NCBI RefSeq assembly: GCF_009914755.1
Contig: NC_060932.1
Source: the human T2T-CHM13v2.0 reference genome, Homo sapiens
Length of the DNA stretch: 64,000 nt
Strand: one strand, 5' to 3'
How positions within the stretch are numbered: position 1 is the stretch's first letter; each line of letters starts with the position of its first letter. A model generated the notes under the pieces. That model was not told the DNA's origin and ran no database searches. It worked only from the letters and a program-made list of their open reading frames with translations. This document shows, piece after piece, positions 1 through 14,521 of the stretch. Both the position numbers and the translations under genes were made by a program.

Positions 1-500
1 TTTACCTCACTGATGGAGTTAATACCGTTTCTTTCACTTCAAACACAAAGCAGACTCAGAATTCTAGGCCATACCAAATACTTAAACATATATGTTAGTT
101 GGCCTCATATTAGCAGATTGTAACTCAGGGTAACATTTCTGAAGCTCTCCATTTGAACACTGTATTTTAAGTGAAGCCTATTTTAGCAGAACCCCAACCA
201 GAAACACGTGCATGCGAATAATAAATAACAGTACGTGTTCATTATACCTACATTCTGACCCAACAATCTTTCTAAGAATCCAGGGCATTCCAAGGAAACT
301 GGGTTAGGACATGCCTAAGCAACATGTTTCTGATTCTACACCATTTCCAAAGGCAATATATGTTATAAGTAACTCTTTTTTCTTTTTGGCATATGTATTG
401 CAAATAAAAAAACATGGAAAAATCTAGGAGTTCTGTGATGAGAATTCGCAGGATTAATTTCCTTTAATTAGAACAACTAGGGGCTCTGCGGGTACAGCAC

Positions 501-905
501 TGTATGGCAGAACATCCACATTCTAGTCTGTAGAACCTATAAATATGTTATCTTCTATGGCAAAGTAGACTTTGCAGATGTCATTAGTTAGGACCTTAAA
601 ATGGAGAGATTATTGTGAATTATCTGGATTAACTCAATCTAATCACACTGTTCCTTAAAAGCAGAAAAGGCAGTGGTCAGACAGGGGGCTGTGACCATGG
701 AAAGCTTGGAGAAGGAGCCACAAGCCAAGAAATGGGGGTGCCTCTCAAAGCTGAAAGGGAAGATTCTCCCCTAGTGCCTCCAGACACTTTGATTTTAGCC
801 CAGTGAGAATCTTGCTGGACTTCTAATCTACAGACAATAAATGTGTGTTGTTTTAAGCTACTACATTTGTGGCAATTTGTTTCAATGGCAATAGAAAACT
901 AACAT
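501..905 (+). mobile_element. MaLR solo LTR (MLT1-type), approximate bounds
   Basis: MLT1-like blocks 'gactttgcagatgtcatt', 'gccacaagccaagaaatg', 'aataaatgtgtgttgttttaagc...gcaatagaaaactaa'. Confidence 0.75.
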
Positions 906-1452
906 AATCATTATTCTCATGGCCTTCTTCACTAGAATTTCAGGAGCCAAATTGTATTTGAACTATTTAGCTGTTTAAAAATGTAGTGCTTTGAAGCAGA
1001 CCTCACTACATTACTTTAAACTTTCAAAATGTAAAAAAGAGTTTTAAAAACAGCTTTGAGAGTTACTAGCATTGGTTTTTAGAGCCAACACAACTTTACT
1101 TAAATAGCACAGCTAGTCAATAGTAAATACCTCCCACAGCACCTTTTCCTTTCCAGAAGAACTTTACAAACCAAACCAAACTAGGGATAACCTATGAAGG
1201 TTTCTCTATGAATAAAATTAGTTATTTTATTTCATCCACTTTCATATCCTGCTGCCATAAACAAGCAATTCTTTTAACCAACACATTAATATAAATGCCT
1301 TTTTTTAAAAAACTGATTTAAGGTTGAGCTTAAGCTGAGCTTGTTACATGTCCCTCCTTCCACCAATATATCGTTCTTAATGGCTAATACATGATTAAAA
1401 TCATCAGGGAATAATCTTTGAGGTCAGTCTCAATGCCACAGCTCCGACATAC

Positions 1453-1655
1453 CTAAGTTCATCCATTTCCCTCTTCTTCTTCATTTCTTCTTTTTCTCTC
1501 TTTTTCATTTCCTGAATTTGGGCTTTTTTCTCATTCCTCTCTTCACGATCTCTGCATTCTTTCTCTGCTGCTAGGTCTGGGAACCGCTCGACTTTGGTCT
1601 TTTCTAATCGGTTCAGGATCTCATTTACTTTCTTCTCCACTGTCACAATTTTTAC
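1453..1655 (-). CDS. CCDC25: CCDC25 exon 7 (203 nt), charged coiled-coil VKIVTVEKK...EMDELR
   Basis: AG at 1656-57 and GT at 1451-52 on minus; translation matches CCDC25; later exons are outside the window. Confidence 0.97.
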
Positions 1656-1870
1656 CTTTAAGGGAGATAGGAGAAAAGATATTGCATCTTTTTGTTTTTT
1701 TTCTCCCAGAAGAGGGATGAGGCTTTCCAGGGGTTTAGCAACCCAGTTTAATTCCCTTTAGAAAACATATATCATGCTCAGCCCTCAACAACAATGGTGT
1801 CAGACAGAAAAGATAGGATACTCCATTCAGTATCAGGGCTCCGCCTCCTTCAGTGGCACAAAACACTTAC

Positions 1871-1974
1871 ATCCTTCTGCCTGTGAAAGCCTATCTGCCC
1901 CACATCCATGTCAGCTGTTTTCTTCAGGTTAGACCACGGCGTATATACCACATTAACGTTGTTCATCTTGCAGC
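1871..1974 (-). CDS. CCDC25: CCDC25 exon 6 (104 nt) [35 protein letters not shown]
   Basis: Canonical AG/GT, phase 1 to 0, continuous frame. Confidence 0.97.
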
Positions 1975-2739
1975 CTGCCAAGAGAGACTGTCTTCAACAT
2001 GCAGGCAGGATGAGACTGAGCAATGTGTTCCCTTACCCACTGGCAAACTGCCATAAGCCAACAAGGGAAACGGCTTAGAACGAACAGGCCACCCCTTGTT
2101 TTAAACCACCAATACTTTTTCAAAAGCCACCCACAAAAGGCAAATGGTAAAGCTGACAAAATTCAAACGGAAGTATTACTATGGCAAGTAGGAGTCCATG
2201 GATTAGCTTCAGGGACTTCTGAGGACTCTCTAAAATTGGATGCAAAATTTATCATTGAGTTTTTTTTTTCAAGAGAAAAGGACTGAATATGTTTCCTCAG
2301 ATTCTCAAAGAAGTCCTTGACTCTGAAGGTTAAGCAGCAACGGAAAGCCATGGCCTGGAACTCACAAGCCCTGGACTCTATCCGGGACTACCACGAGCTA
2401 GCCGAGCCTCTCTGGAGAAGTCCCCTGGCCCTCTGAATTTCATATGAAATGTGAGGAAATTGGACTAGTTTAATAGAGTTTTTGCTTATAGTTTCTTCAG
2501 CAGTGGAACCCTTTTACCAAAGAAAACACAGAAGTCATCAAAGCAGAGGCGCTCTGGATGGAAGGAGTGCCAGGTACCCTGTTCACTCCTCCTCCTGCCC
2601 CTTCACCGCCTCCTCCACCACTCATACCCTCCCTGGCAGCTCTGGAAATCGCAGTTTAATCACTGGTCTGACACTCTCTCTGGTCCTTCCAAATTAGATG
2701 GCAAGGGATTTCAATGCTTATTAAATCCCCATGTACACT

Positions 2740-3395
2740 GGAAAAAGCTGGAAGACCACTTTACCCAAGGGGTCAAGGTTAACACCACCAAAAATGGCAC
2801 AAAATGACATCATGTGCTGCCTGACTATAATGTGCAAAACTTCACTTATGTAATATTCCTGCTCCAAAGTGCATGATGGGATTCTAATCCAGAGGAAGCA
2901 TCAGACAAACCCCAACTGTGGGTTAGTAATCCCATTACTACAACTGGTCTGTACTTTTTGAAAGACAAAGCAGTATCTCTGGATTAAAGGAGACTAAAGA
3001 GAAGTAAATACAGCGCAAGTAAATACAGCACATGGCCCTGGATCCAAAAAAAAAAGCTATAAAGAAACAGTAGCGGGACAAGTGGCAAAACTTAAATATG
3101 GACTGTATATCAGAATACAGTATTCTATCCATGTTAAACTTCCTGAATTTTACCACTGTAATACAGTTATTTAAGACAACGTCCATGTTCTTCAGAAGGA
3201 CATGTTCAAGGGTCATGATATCTACAATTTCGCTTTGGATGGTTCAGCTAAAAAGGTTAATGAGTATGCAATATATAAAGCAAATAAATATGGAAAAATT
3301 TAAAAATTGATGAATCTAAGTGAATGGTATATGGTAGCTGTACTATTCTTGCAACTTTTCTGTATACCTGAAAGTTTTTTCAAAATAAAATTTCT
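2740..3395 (+). mobile_element. Old L1M 3' fragment, approximate bounds
   Basis: L1M 3'-end phrases ('tgttaaacttcctgaatttt', 'tactattcttgcaactttt', terminal aaataaaa). Confidence 0.6.
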
Positions 3396-5888
3396 TTAGA
3401 AAATCTCCATGTGCAAGGCACTGTGGGGGACACAAACATGACCAGACAATGAATCTTGCTCTCCACGACTCTAACAGAGCAGGGTAAGCACATCAATAAC
3501 TTGGATCAAAAGGAGAACTGATCAAATGCTGTTGGAAAGCTACAGGAAACTGCTAAGACAGCACAGAGAAAGTGGGGCCACTCAAAGCTGAAGAAGGAAA
3601 AGGCTTCATCGAGGAGGCTCACAGAGCTCAGGGGTTACGGCAGAACACTTGAGCCAAATGGGTTGACATCAAATCCAGTCTCTACTGCACTTTAGACCTC
3701 TAAGACCTTGAACAAGTTCCTTAATTCTCTTTAAGATCAGTTTCCTCCTCTATAAAATGAAAATAATATCTAACTCAACGGGGTGGATAATTTATGAAGT
3801 ACTTAGCACAGGGCCAGGCATGTAATTAACACTCCATCAGTGTTAGCAATTACTACCACCACTACACCTACTATGTGGACCTTGAACCTTAGCTTGAATC
3901 TGGACTCTGATGACTGACAAAGACAAACCTGAGGGCAGAGGGAACAATACAAGCCAGGTGCAAGGTCAGAAAACAGCAAATATTGGCTTTGGCTGTAGTG
4001 TGAAATACGTGAAGGGAAAGAAGTCTGCAGTCAAATGAGAGACGCTTAAATGCTGGTTTCAGAAGTCCGGACTGAACAGTTTAGGCCGAGGAGAGTCAAG
4101 ACAGTTTCTAAACTTCTAAAAGTTTAATCTGGAAAGATTCACTGGGTGAACACAGAACAGGCTGACCTAAGATTCTAGACCTATGACCCAGAACAGGCTG
4201 ATTCTATAGCGACAAACAAATTTAGCCCCAAAGCCCTTGGTTCTGAGCACTGCAGATGGTAAACCGGGGGAAAACTTTGTCCCTACAAAGTGCCACAAGT
4301 GGAGTGTCCTCTGGAAATCTCATAGCAACGACCATTTTCTCCACTCCTCGGCACATAATCTTCTACTGACTCACAAGAGCAAGACCCTTGGGCATAGGTC
4401 CTTATTTGCTAGCTGAGCTATCGTTGCAGAAGGCTGAAGAGGAGAGAAACAGTAATTCAGTGTCATGACTCTTTGCTCCTCTTTGTTTTCTCTAGAATTA
4501 GTAAACTATGAAGAGATTAAGAAGAAAGCAGCTGGGCCAAGAATAAGGCCTCCAAAGCTCTTTTAACAAAGACATGTCTGCTAGCCAGCAGCACTGGAAG
4601 GGATAAGGACATGTGAAGGAAGTTGGAACACAGAAGGAAAGAATATAATGATTGTTTCAATTCTTCTTGTTATTTCAGTAACTGAAGATCTTAGCTGAAA
4701 ATCTTAGAAAATTCTGTTCTCCTCATAAAATGGAATGTCCCAAAATGTATTACAATTTGTTAACTTATAGAGTTGAAAATCAGTGGCTCTGTAAAGCAAC
4801 TGTTCTACCTTCTTTGGCTAGGTGCTGACGCATCATTCAGGCAGCCTAAGTGAAGGTGTGGGAAGCGCAGTCGGGGAAAGGGGAATGCTGCGCTGCTCTT
4901 GTCCTGTAATTGCCAACTCCTGGTACCTGTTATCAGCTGTGGGTCCGCCCCATGTTTATCTTCTTCCCAAACCATGATTGCTTTCCAACCCTCTGGAGCA
5001 TCCCTTCACTCCATCTCAAGCCACAATAACCTCTACCCGATCTAGACCTGTGTTCTACACCCTAAAATCGGATCTACTGGCTCATTATTAGCAGAGCACC
5101 ACCTCCTGGTTTCCCTTCTTAAACCCCGCCCCTACCCTAATAATCATCCTTCTTGACCCTTCATGACTATGAGATGAAATCTTGCATAGCAGAAATAAAT
5201 ACCAGGTAATCACCAAGCACGGTATGCCAGGCCCCATCTAAAATACTTAGGCTAATTGTTCTCAACCCATGCTGCACAGGAGAATCACCCAGAGAGCTTT
5301 TAAAAGCAGTAATATTTGGGAATCACCCCAGACAAACTAAATAAGATTCTCTTTGGTGGGGAGGGGAAGTAACAAGATCAACTGACTTGACAACTTCACA
5401 ATTTAAGAGGGAAAAAGTATGTAAGAGGAGGAGGGAAAGAAAAAGTAGAGAAGCATGATTTGGGGACTTTAATTCTAGAATCTAATGACAAATAATAGAA
5501 ATAAAGATATCAAACAACATTAAAAATAAAGCCATAAAACACATTGTTCTTGCTTAGCTATCAACATTGCCAAATTTCCCAAAGTCTTTTTATAATAACA
5601 CTAAGTACAGACAGATCTAGACAACCTTCTATTCAAGGTAAGGAAACAGTAAAAAGAGCCGAGACTTAGACAGGACCGTCAAAATGACAGGGGTGGGGAG
5701 ATCAGTTTTTAGTTCTTTGACAGGTACCAAAATTGCCATCCATCTTAAAGAACAAAACATGGCAAAGGCACAGCACATGTTATTCTTTGATGGAGGCCAA
5801 AGTCAACAGCATGCTCACTAAAATGTAATCCATTTCAGACACAGAGAAAGTCCGTGCTAATTCTAAAAACACCTCTAGGAAAACTGAC

Positions 5889-5964
5889 CTTGAATGCTAT
5901 TGGCCTTCACAAGGTGGGCACAGTCCATCAGCACTTCCTTTGGGATGTCTTCTATATTCTCTCC
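5889..5964 (-). CDS. CCDC25: CCDC25 exon 5 (76 nt) [26 protein letters not shown]
   Basis: Canonical AG/GT, phase 0 to 1. Confidence 0.97.
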
Positions 5965-6806
5965 CTGAAACACAAAAATAAACCAATTGGTCCACTACCT
6001 CATTATCCATTGACACTGGAGCACTCAAAGGGCATTTGCTGCCTTACCTACTAGGCATGATTTTACTAAAAGCAGAGGTTCTTCAACTGTTACAGAACAC
6101 TGAAAAGTAAATTTACTGTGTGCATTACGGGAATGTTTGTTTAAAATAAGAGAAGGCTGTAATATGAAAATATTGACACTTAATAAGTAAAAAAAAAAAA
6201 AGCAAAAAAAAAACAGGAAATGAAAAAAACTCCCAGAATATTAATTATAATTATGTCTGAGTAATTTTTATTCTCTTTCTTCTCATTCTGACTTCTAGAA
6301 ACCTTGTGGGAAAATGGTGCCTATTTTTGACAACTGGATGTCTTCGTGGCCGAGGTCCCTATGACCTTCCTCTCAAAAGAATACGTGTAGTTTTAGTTCT
6401 CAGACATCTGGTAGGTCATCTATCCTCAGCTTTAATCAGGAAAAAAGTTATTGTTGTGTAGATCTCAACCATTCACTGTAAAGAAGAAATAACAGAAATG
6501 ACACTGATCCTTTTTCTCTATAGAAATTTGTATCAAAATCAAAGGTGAATAAGTGAGGTGATGCCCCTTTTACAGATGCAGAAACAGGCCAGTTAAGTAA
6601 CTTGCTCAGAGTCACGTGGTGAGTAAGCAGCAGAACCAGAATTCAAAGCCAGCAGTCTGGCCCCAGGGTCTGAATGAATCCCTTAGTCTTACTGCATTTC
6701 CAACTTCCTTGGTACCTACTAATTACAATGGCTATGTCATTTACTGCAGGAAATTAATCAGGTAAAAGTTCCTCAAGGAGCATACACTTTCAAACTGGGC
6801 ACATTA

Positions 6807-6935
6807 GGCTGGGTTTAGGGGCTCGTGCCTATAATCTCAGCACTTTGGGAAGCCAAGGCAGGAGGACAGCTTGAGCCCAGGCGTTCAAGACCAGCATGGG
6901 CAACACAGTGAGATCCCATATCTACCAAAAAAAAT
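6807..6935 (+). mobile_element. Alu left monomer (FLAM/AluJ)
   Basis: Diverged left arm ending in A-run. Confidence 0.85.
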
Positions 6936-7865
6936 TAAACTGAGCTCATTATGTGTTTCCAAAAGAAAGTGAAATTGAACTTGTATTCAAACAAATAATT
7001 GGTGGTAATGAGAACTTGGGACTACCACCAGTATTTTCCATCTTCTGACACAGCAGATCCCCCAAAGAAGACATTAATCTGACCCAAAATGAAACTTGGT
7101 AACACCATAATTTATTTTCTCTAAATCTAATAGTTCCAAAATGGCAAGAAGTTGCCTAAAAGAATTCAGAATTTTGCTCCAGCACAGACTTCATAATCCT
7201 CTTTTCCTTCACCATATAGTCCTCAAAAACATAAATAGTATGAGATGGGGCACACTGTTTAACCTTGCTAGTAAACTAAAAAGTGAATATTATTGCCATA
7301 ATGAAGTAGCATCTTATATTCATCAAAATGGTCAAAAGGTTTTATTTTTATTTTTTAAGTTATAAAACCCCAAAGGGTTTTGGAAAACCTATAAATAGTA
7401 GAGAGCATTTTAAACAATACTTTCAGAGGGCAATCTGGCAAAAAAGCAGTTAGCAAACTATGTACATCTTTTGACCCAGGAAATCCATTCCTAAGAATTA
7501 TTCTAAGAAAATAATGAAAAACAAAAAACAAAAAATAAAACCAGAAGGTAGTTCATGAAAAGTTATTTCTTGGTGATTCATAATGCTGAAAAATTGGAAA
7601 CAACCTATATTCTGACAAAAGAGTTTCATATTAATTGCAGCATATTATTAACTCAATGCAGCCAGTCAAAATAACAAATATGAAAATTATATAGCAACAT
7701 AAAAGAGTTCATAAAATGTCATGTTAAAAGGTAATCTAATCAACCAGGGGATGTCAAGATGGAATGTGGACAAGATAATTTAACTGTATTACAAACATAG
7801 GACATCACGTCACTGAAAGGGGTGGGGAAAAAAAGTAGCTTACAGCTAACTGTGGAAAATGATGT

Positions 7866-8143
7866 GTTTTTGTTGTTGTTGTTCTTGACACAGGGTCTTG
7901 CTCTGTTGCCCAGGCTAGAGTGCAGTAATGTGATCATGGCTCACTGAAGCCTCAGCCTCCGCCTCCTGGGCTCAAGTGAGCCTCCTACCTCAGCCTCCCG
8001 AGTAACTGGGACCACAGGTGGGTATCCCACAACCAGCTACATTTTCTTTATTTTCTGTAGTGACAGGGTCTCCCTATGATGCCCAGGCTGGTCTTGAACT
8101 CCTGGGCTCAAGTGATCCTCCTTGCTCAGCCTCCCCAGATGCT
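7866..8143 (-). mobile_element. AluJ-like element
   Basis: Antisense Alu with (TTG)n tail. Confidence 0.9.
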
Positions 8144-8149
8144 AGCATG

Positions 8150-9545
8150 GAAAACAATGTTTTGATTGGAAATGGTTTAAGGCAAAAAGACAACCTGTAG
8201 CAAAGGATGACAATCAGAGCCATCCCTATGAGCTCATGTTTAGCTTAATATAAATACAGATGGAAAGATACAGAAATGATTACAGATATGTGCATATACA
8301 TGGGTTAGTACACATACATGTATCTCCTTCTCTGTCAGCTCAGAGGGCCGAAAAGTGATGACACTCCAGTAGTAACAGGCGCACCCAGAGCCCAGATCTT
8401 TTTAAATTTTTTCACATCAGACATGACAAGGTTCAAGGGTGGCACATCTCATACATGCACATGAACAGCCAATCATCACACTCATAAACTACAGAAGGAT
8501 CGGTCTAGATCTTGATTTCGAAACACCATTACCACTGAAAAGAACCAGGGTTCCTTGGAGAAATGCCCCATTCTAGAGCTGGGACAGGGAAAATACAAGA
8601 CGAGCCTGGAGCTCTCTGTAGTGCCAGAAAGCAAGGATGTGCTCAAAGAACAAAAGGATGGGAGCATGTCAGAGGACATGGGAGCACACGGGAGCCCGCT
8701 GAAAGAGCTCCAGCTGAAGCTGCAACAATATCAGAGTAAAATAACCTGGTTCCAGAACATATCTCAAAGGATAAAATAAACGCAGGAGTCTAGGCTGATG
8801 CAAATAAATGACTGAATAAATAAATAGGGGAAAAGAGACAAATGTTCCTTCCAGAATTCCAAATAATGTATATAGACACTCCCCTCTCCAGGAAGTAGTG
8901 CTTAATTCCATCCTCCACTTCCTTGAGTGTGGGCTGGACTTAGTGACTTGCTTCCAAATAAGAATACAGAAATGGGGAGAAAAGCAACCTTATAGTAGAG
9001 CAACCTCCAAACACTACACTGGCCAGGCCATCAAGGCTCACGTCATCAATGATAAGTCACGGTAATACACGCACCCGATATGCTGTGACGAGACAGGCAC
9101 TTCACCTCTGTGATATTCTCCCCCTAAACCCATAACCCGTCTAGTCACGAGAAAAAATATCAGATAAATGCAAACTGAGCAATAGTCTACAAAACACCTG
9201 ATCAGTACTTCTCAAACTGTCAAGGTCATAAAAAACAGAGAAAGAATGAGAAATTGTGATAGACTAGAGGAGACTAGGCAGACACAACTAAATGTAATAT
9301 GGTACTCTAGACTGGCTACTAGAACAAAAAGAGGGCATTAATAGAAAGTTGGTGAAATCCAAATAAAGTCCAGAGTTTAGGTGACAGCGATGTGCCAAGG
9401 TTAGTTTCTTTGTCTTGACAAATCTACCATAGTAATATAAGATGTTGATGATGGGGGAAACTAGGTGAAGGGTAGATGGGAACTCTGTATCACTTCTGCC
9501 ACTTTTCTGGAAATCTAACATTTTTCCAAAGTTGAAAGTTTATCA
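8150..9545 (+). mobile_element. Old L1 (L1MC/L1MD-like) 3' region, interrupted by U13 retrocopy
   Basis: 'aaaatacaagacgagcctggagc...gtgccagaaag', 'ggtgaaatccaaataaagtc', 'gggaactctgtat'. Confidence 0.7.
8413..8500 (-). pseudogene. U13 (SNORD13) snoRNA retrocopy with internal deletion
   Basis: Reverse complement ATCCTTCTGTAGTTTATGAGTGTGATGATTGGCTGTTCATGTGCATGTATGAGATGTGCCACCCTTGAACCTTGTCATGTCTGA matches U13; A-rich tail; AGATCTT repeated at 8394-8400 and 8507-8513. Confidence 0.9.
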
Positions 9546-10096
9546 AAAAGAAAGCAGTACACTCGCAAGCATATATACCCTATGATTCAACTATATAAAA
9601 TATATGAATAGAGATAGATTGGAAAAATAGTGGTATTGTATTACTAGGGGCCACTAAAAATTTTTTTCCTTTATTACTAGCATGTTCTTTTAAACTTCCT
9701 AAAGAAGCCCATGATAACTGGGAACACGGGCCCTTCACTGAGGCAGGAGAATCACATGAGCCACACATGATATCCACTGGAGGAGACAGAAAGTCTGGGA
9801 GTGTCAACTGAATTGAAAGAAAAGGAAAGCAGAGATGACAGACAGCACACCGGAAGTGACAGGATAAGCAGTGCATCTAGCTGGGAAATATGTACACTGC
9901 CTCCTTCTATATCTCAAAAATCATCTAGAATGTTAGAGTGATTTTCTGGGTCAGAGGGAAGACACGTCTTCATTTGTTAACTTTTAGATTTGCGTACCAA
10001 CTTATTACTGTAAGCAATTTAATTGCAAAGGATAAAGAACAAGATATGATGCATCATCAGGAGAAAAGTCAAGAATCCATGTTTAAATTCAGTTAC

Positions 10097-10148
10097 CTTA
10101 TGTAATCGAAGGTATACATGAGCCGAAGAGAGTTTGTCCACATGAAAC
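10097..10148 (-). CDS. CCDC25: CCDC25 exon 4 (52 nt) (W)FHVDKLSSAHVYLRLHK
   Basis: Canonical AG/GT, phase 2 to 0; conserved WFH..LSSAHV motif of the NFACT-R/DUF814 family. Confidence 0.97.
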
Positions 10149-11119
10149 CTACAAAGAATGAAAACCACTTTTAGCAAGAGGTACAAGACAATCATCTCCT
10201 CAGGCCACATGCCATTTAAAGCATTCTGTTCTAAAAAGTCTTCACTCCATGCCTGCCACATGTGAAGCATCATGAGGAGTATAAAGCACAGTCACCACCT
10301 CCAAAGGGCTCCCCATCACCATGAAGAGGTACGAGAAACACTGAATTATGGAGCTGTGAGTAAGTGCCAAGATGAGTAGAGATACTAAATATTAACTGTA
10401 CTGGGAAGGGTGATTTTTCAAGATATAAAAAGAACTATCAGTGATCAAAGGCTTCATGATAAAAAGGAGGCAGTGAGATTTGGTTGGCCCCTGACTGAAG
10501 CATAGGACTTAGAGCAAAACCAAGGAAAGGAATTTCAGGTGAAAAGAGTGGGGGATGAAAGAAGTCAGCAAGTCTCCAATGCTGCCAGCCTGGGAGATTA
10601 GCAGAACCACAGTTTGGCGGAAACAGATGACAGTTTCGTTTGTGACATCCCAAATTTCAAGTTATAGCAAAACAATCCAAAGAGAATGTCGAATAGAGAG
10701 CTGGAAGAGTTAGGTGGGGCCTAAAGACGCTAAGCAGAACACGTCATTAAATGGGTCACAATTCAATAATGTAACCCAATAATTCACAAGCACAACAGTT
10801 CATCCGGCCCTATATTCTGACAGTGATACCAATATATGTCTCTTGGGTGAGCACTGCCCTTTACTGACATTGTCCTAAAAACATTCAGAATGTCCCCCAC
10901 CCCTTAAATTTACCTTTCATGATGGATCTATCATCTATCAATTTAATTAAACCTTTTAAAATCTATGCAACATTCAGGATATGAGATTTTCATGTTTTCA
11001 ATTCACCCAATGAACTTGACTTTCTCTTTCCAATACCCAGAAATGCCCCCTCCGCATCCCAGCATCACACAACAAACAAGGGAACACTATCGCCACTTCG
11101 TGATTCTGTTAACTTTAGT

Positions 11120-11514
11120 TGATATGATTTGGATTTGCGTCCCCACCAAGTCTCATGTCGAATTGTAATCCCCAGCGTTAGAAGTGGGGCCTGGTGAGAG
11201 GTGACTGGATCATGGGGGTGGATTCTTCATGAATGGGTTAGCACCATCCCTTTGGTGCTATTCTTATGATAGAGTTCTCATGAGATCTGTTTAAAAGTGC
11301 ACAGCCCCGGCACCCTGCTCCTGCCATGTAAGCCGCCTCGCTTCCCCTTTGCCTTCTGCCATGATTAAAAGTTCTATGAATGAGGCCTCCCAGAAACAGA
11401 CACTGCCATGCTTCCTGTATAGCCTGCCAAACCATGAGCCAATTAAACCTCTTTTCTTTACAAATTACCCAGTCTCAGGTATTTCTCTATAGCAATGCAA
11501 GATGGACTAATACA
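11120..11514 (+). mobile_element. MaLR solo LTR (MSTA-like)
   Basis: TG...CA ends, 5-bp TSD TTAGT on both sides, 'gagccaattaaacctcttttcttta'. Confidence 0.9.
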
Positions 11515-12702
11515 TTAGTCATACTGCTTCCTTGGTCCTTACCTTTCCAGACTGAAGAATGTTCAGAAAATCCTAAAGAGGCATCATTACATCCCATTAT
11601 GTTTCTCTAGCCATTTTCTTAAGCACTAATAAATGTTTTAGAGGTGAAAATGGTCACCTTCACACCTAGTACAAGATGTAGACTGTATGATTCTATATAA
11701 AAGTGCCCTCTTTAAAGAGGTTAGTCATCTTGCTATTCACTATGCATACAGAAAAATATTAGGCACTTTTGGCACACAGTTTATGATGACTCGAGGTTTT
11801 ACTCTTAATCATTAGTGATAGCCAGAAATGGACATAACATCTTATTTGACTTACATTTCTCCAAGTGGTTCACTTACTCATTTGCATTCCCATGTGAGAG
11901 ATTCATACTAATTATCACCTTCAGCTGGACATTTTCCAGCCAGAAAAACCTGTGCTTTTTGCAAATCTAAAAATTACATATCTCATTATCCTCTTTCAGA
12001 ATCTTAGGAAAATATCACACTAGTAACCAAGATAACTGAAAAGTAACTTTACCCATTCCAACTTTTATTTGCCTTAAGCCAGTTCTCTATTTACAACATC
12101 TTCTTCCCTATGTACCTATAGTAGATTGAATTCTGATTTTTCTTAAAGGTCTCTGATGTAGAATTTTGTCAAAAGAAATACCCAAATAATTCAATATATA
12201 TTTAATGATATTCATACATAAGTAGAGAAAGAACCAAAACACACACAGGAATATCACTGCCAAAATACAGCAACTTTATCAATATACACCAATTTCAGGT
12301 TTGTATATGACAGATACACCTCTACAAAGAGCAGGGGAGAATGGATGAAAGTATAAGAGAAAAAAAAAATCCAGCTCTATAAACAAACTATCTTGAGCGA
12401 GTTTCCTTAAAAAAGAAGCAAACGACTTCTCCAATCTTTCTAAACATTTATTCAAAGTTTAAATTACAGCCATAGTTCCCTCTTATCCTTGTTATCTTCC
12501 TCTCCCTGTTACCCTTTCCTGAATGCAGAGACCAGAAGCTTCACTAAATAAGCATCAACTGTCTGAGGATACAGATTCAGGGCCCTGGAGCTGGGCTGTC
12601 CAACGACTTAAAGCAGAGTCTGTGGAAATACTAATCATTAGGAGGTCTGGACACAGTAAATACACACTATTTCTATTTTCCTACATTTAAAGATGAATTT
12701 AG

Positions 12703-13177
<475 letters not shown>

Positions 13178-14126
13178 TTAGTTCCATTCTCACTGATTCC
13201 TAGGAAAACCCTTTGCTTAAAGGAGCCTCAGGAGGTTTTCCGGCATAAATCCAGATGCTGACATTCACAGAGGTAATGAATGATTCAACAGCTCCACAAA
13301 GTGAAGCAGGTGAACACCCCACCCTGGAATGGTGATCAACTCAGGATCATTCTTAGCACTCCCTGGAATATGTCCAAAATTGACAGCTGGAATGGGTTTT
13401 GAGGTCTACACCTACTCACATCACACCTCAAATGTAGCTTCTGAAGGTAAAAGCCAATCACATCCAACAACAGTCATTCATCTCAAGACTACTAAAGGGG
13501 GTCGAAATAGGCCTCTTGGTATCTGTAGACCAATTTGGGAAGTACTAACCTTAATGAAATGAAAAACTGAGGTCATAATTTATTGGATGTGGGTTGTAAA
13601 CTGGAAATTTCTCTTCCATTTATTTAAACAAATGAAAGTCAGGTAGAAGGCTGTGGTACACTGATTTTCAGGCTGCATCTGATTATGTAACCTTCTCTAT
13701 GCAGGTTTTTATGCCTCAAACCTGATAGGTTAAAAATTTCCATCAGCTAACTGCCTAACAGGTGCAGCCATTCTTATTCCCATGAGAGTCTGGAGATCTT
13801 TAAAAACAACTGAAAATCATCCAGCTGGGGTTGGCAGGAGCTCAAAATGGAGATAACCATGATGTGGCCATTGTAGGGAAATGTCCATGGAGACTGCTTC
13901 TACGCTGGCAGGGAGTCAATTAGGAAATCAACCAATATTTACTGAATACCTACTATGTGCCAGGACCTATGCTAGGTACTGGGGACATAGTAGTTAATGA
14001 AATAGGTGATCATTGTCCTCATACAGCTTACTGTCTCAGGCCCTAGGAAGGCGGGCAGCCCCAGTCTGGATGTTTTCAGCATTGCACACTGCCCACTTGA
14101 GGCAAAAGAGCACCAAGCAGGGTTTA

Positions 14127-14521
<395 letters not shown>

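Noticed and set aside
4153-4201. 13-bp direct repeat CAGAACAGGCTGA
   Set aside because: Only two copies; ordinary local duplication, not an array.
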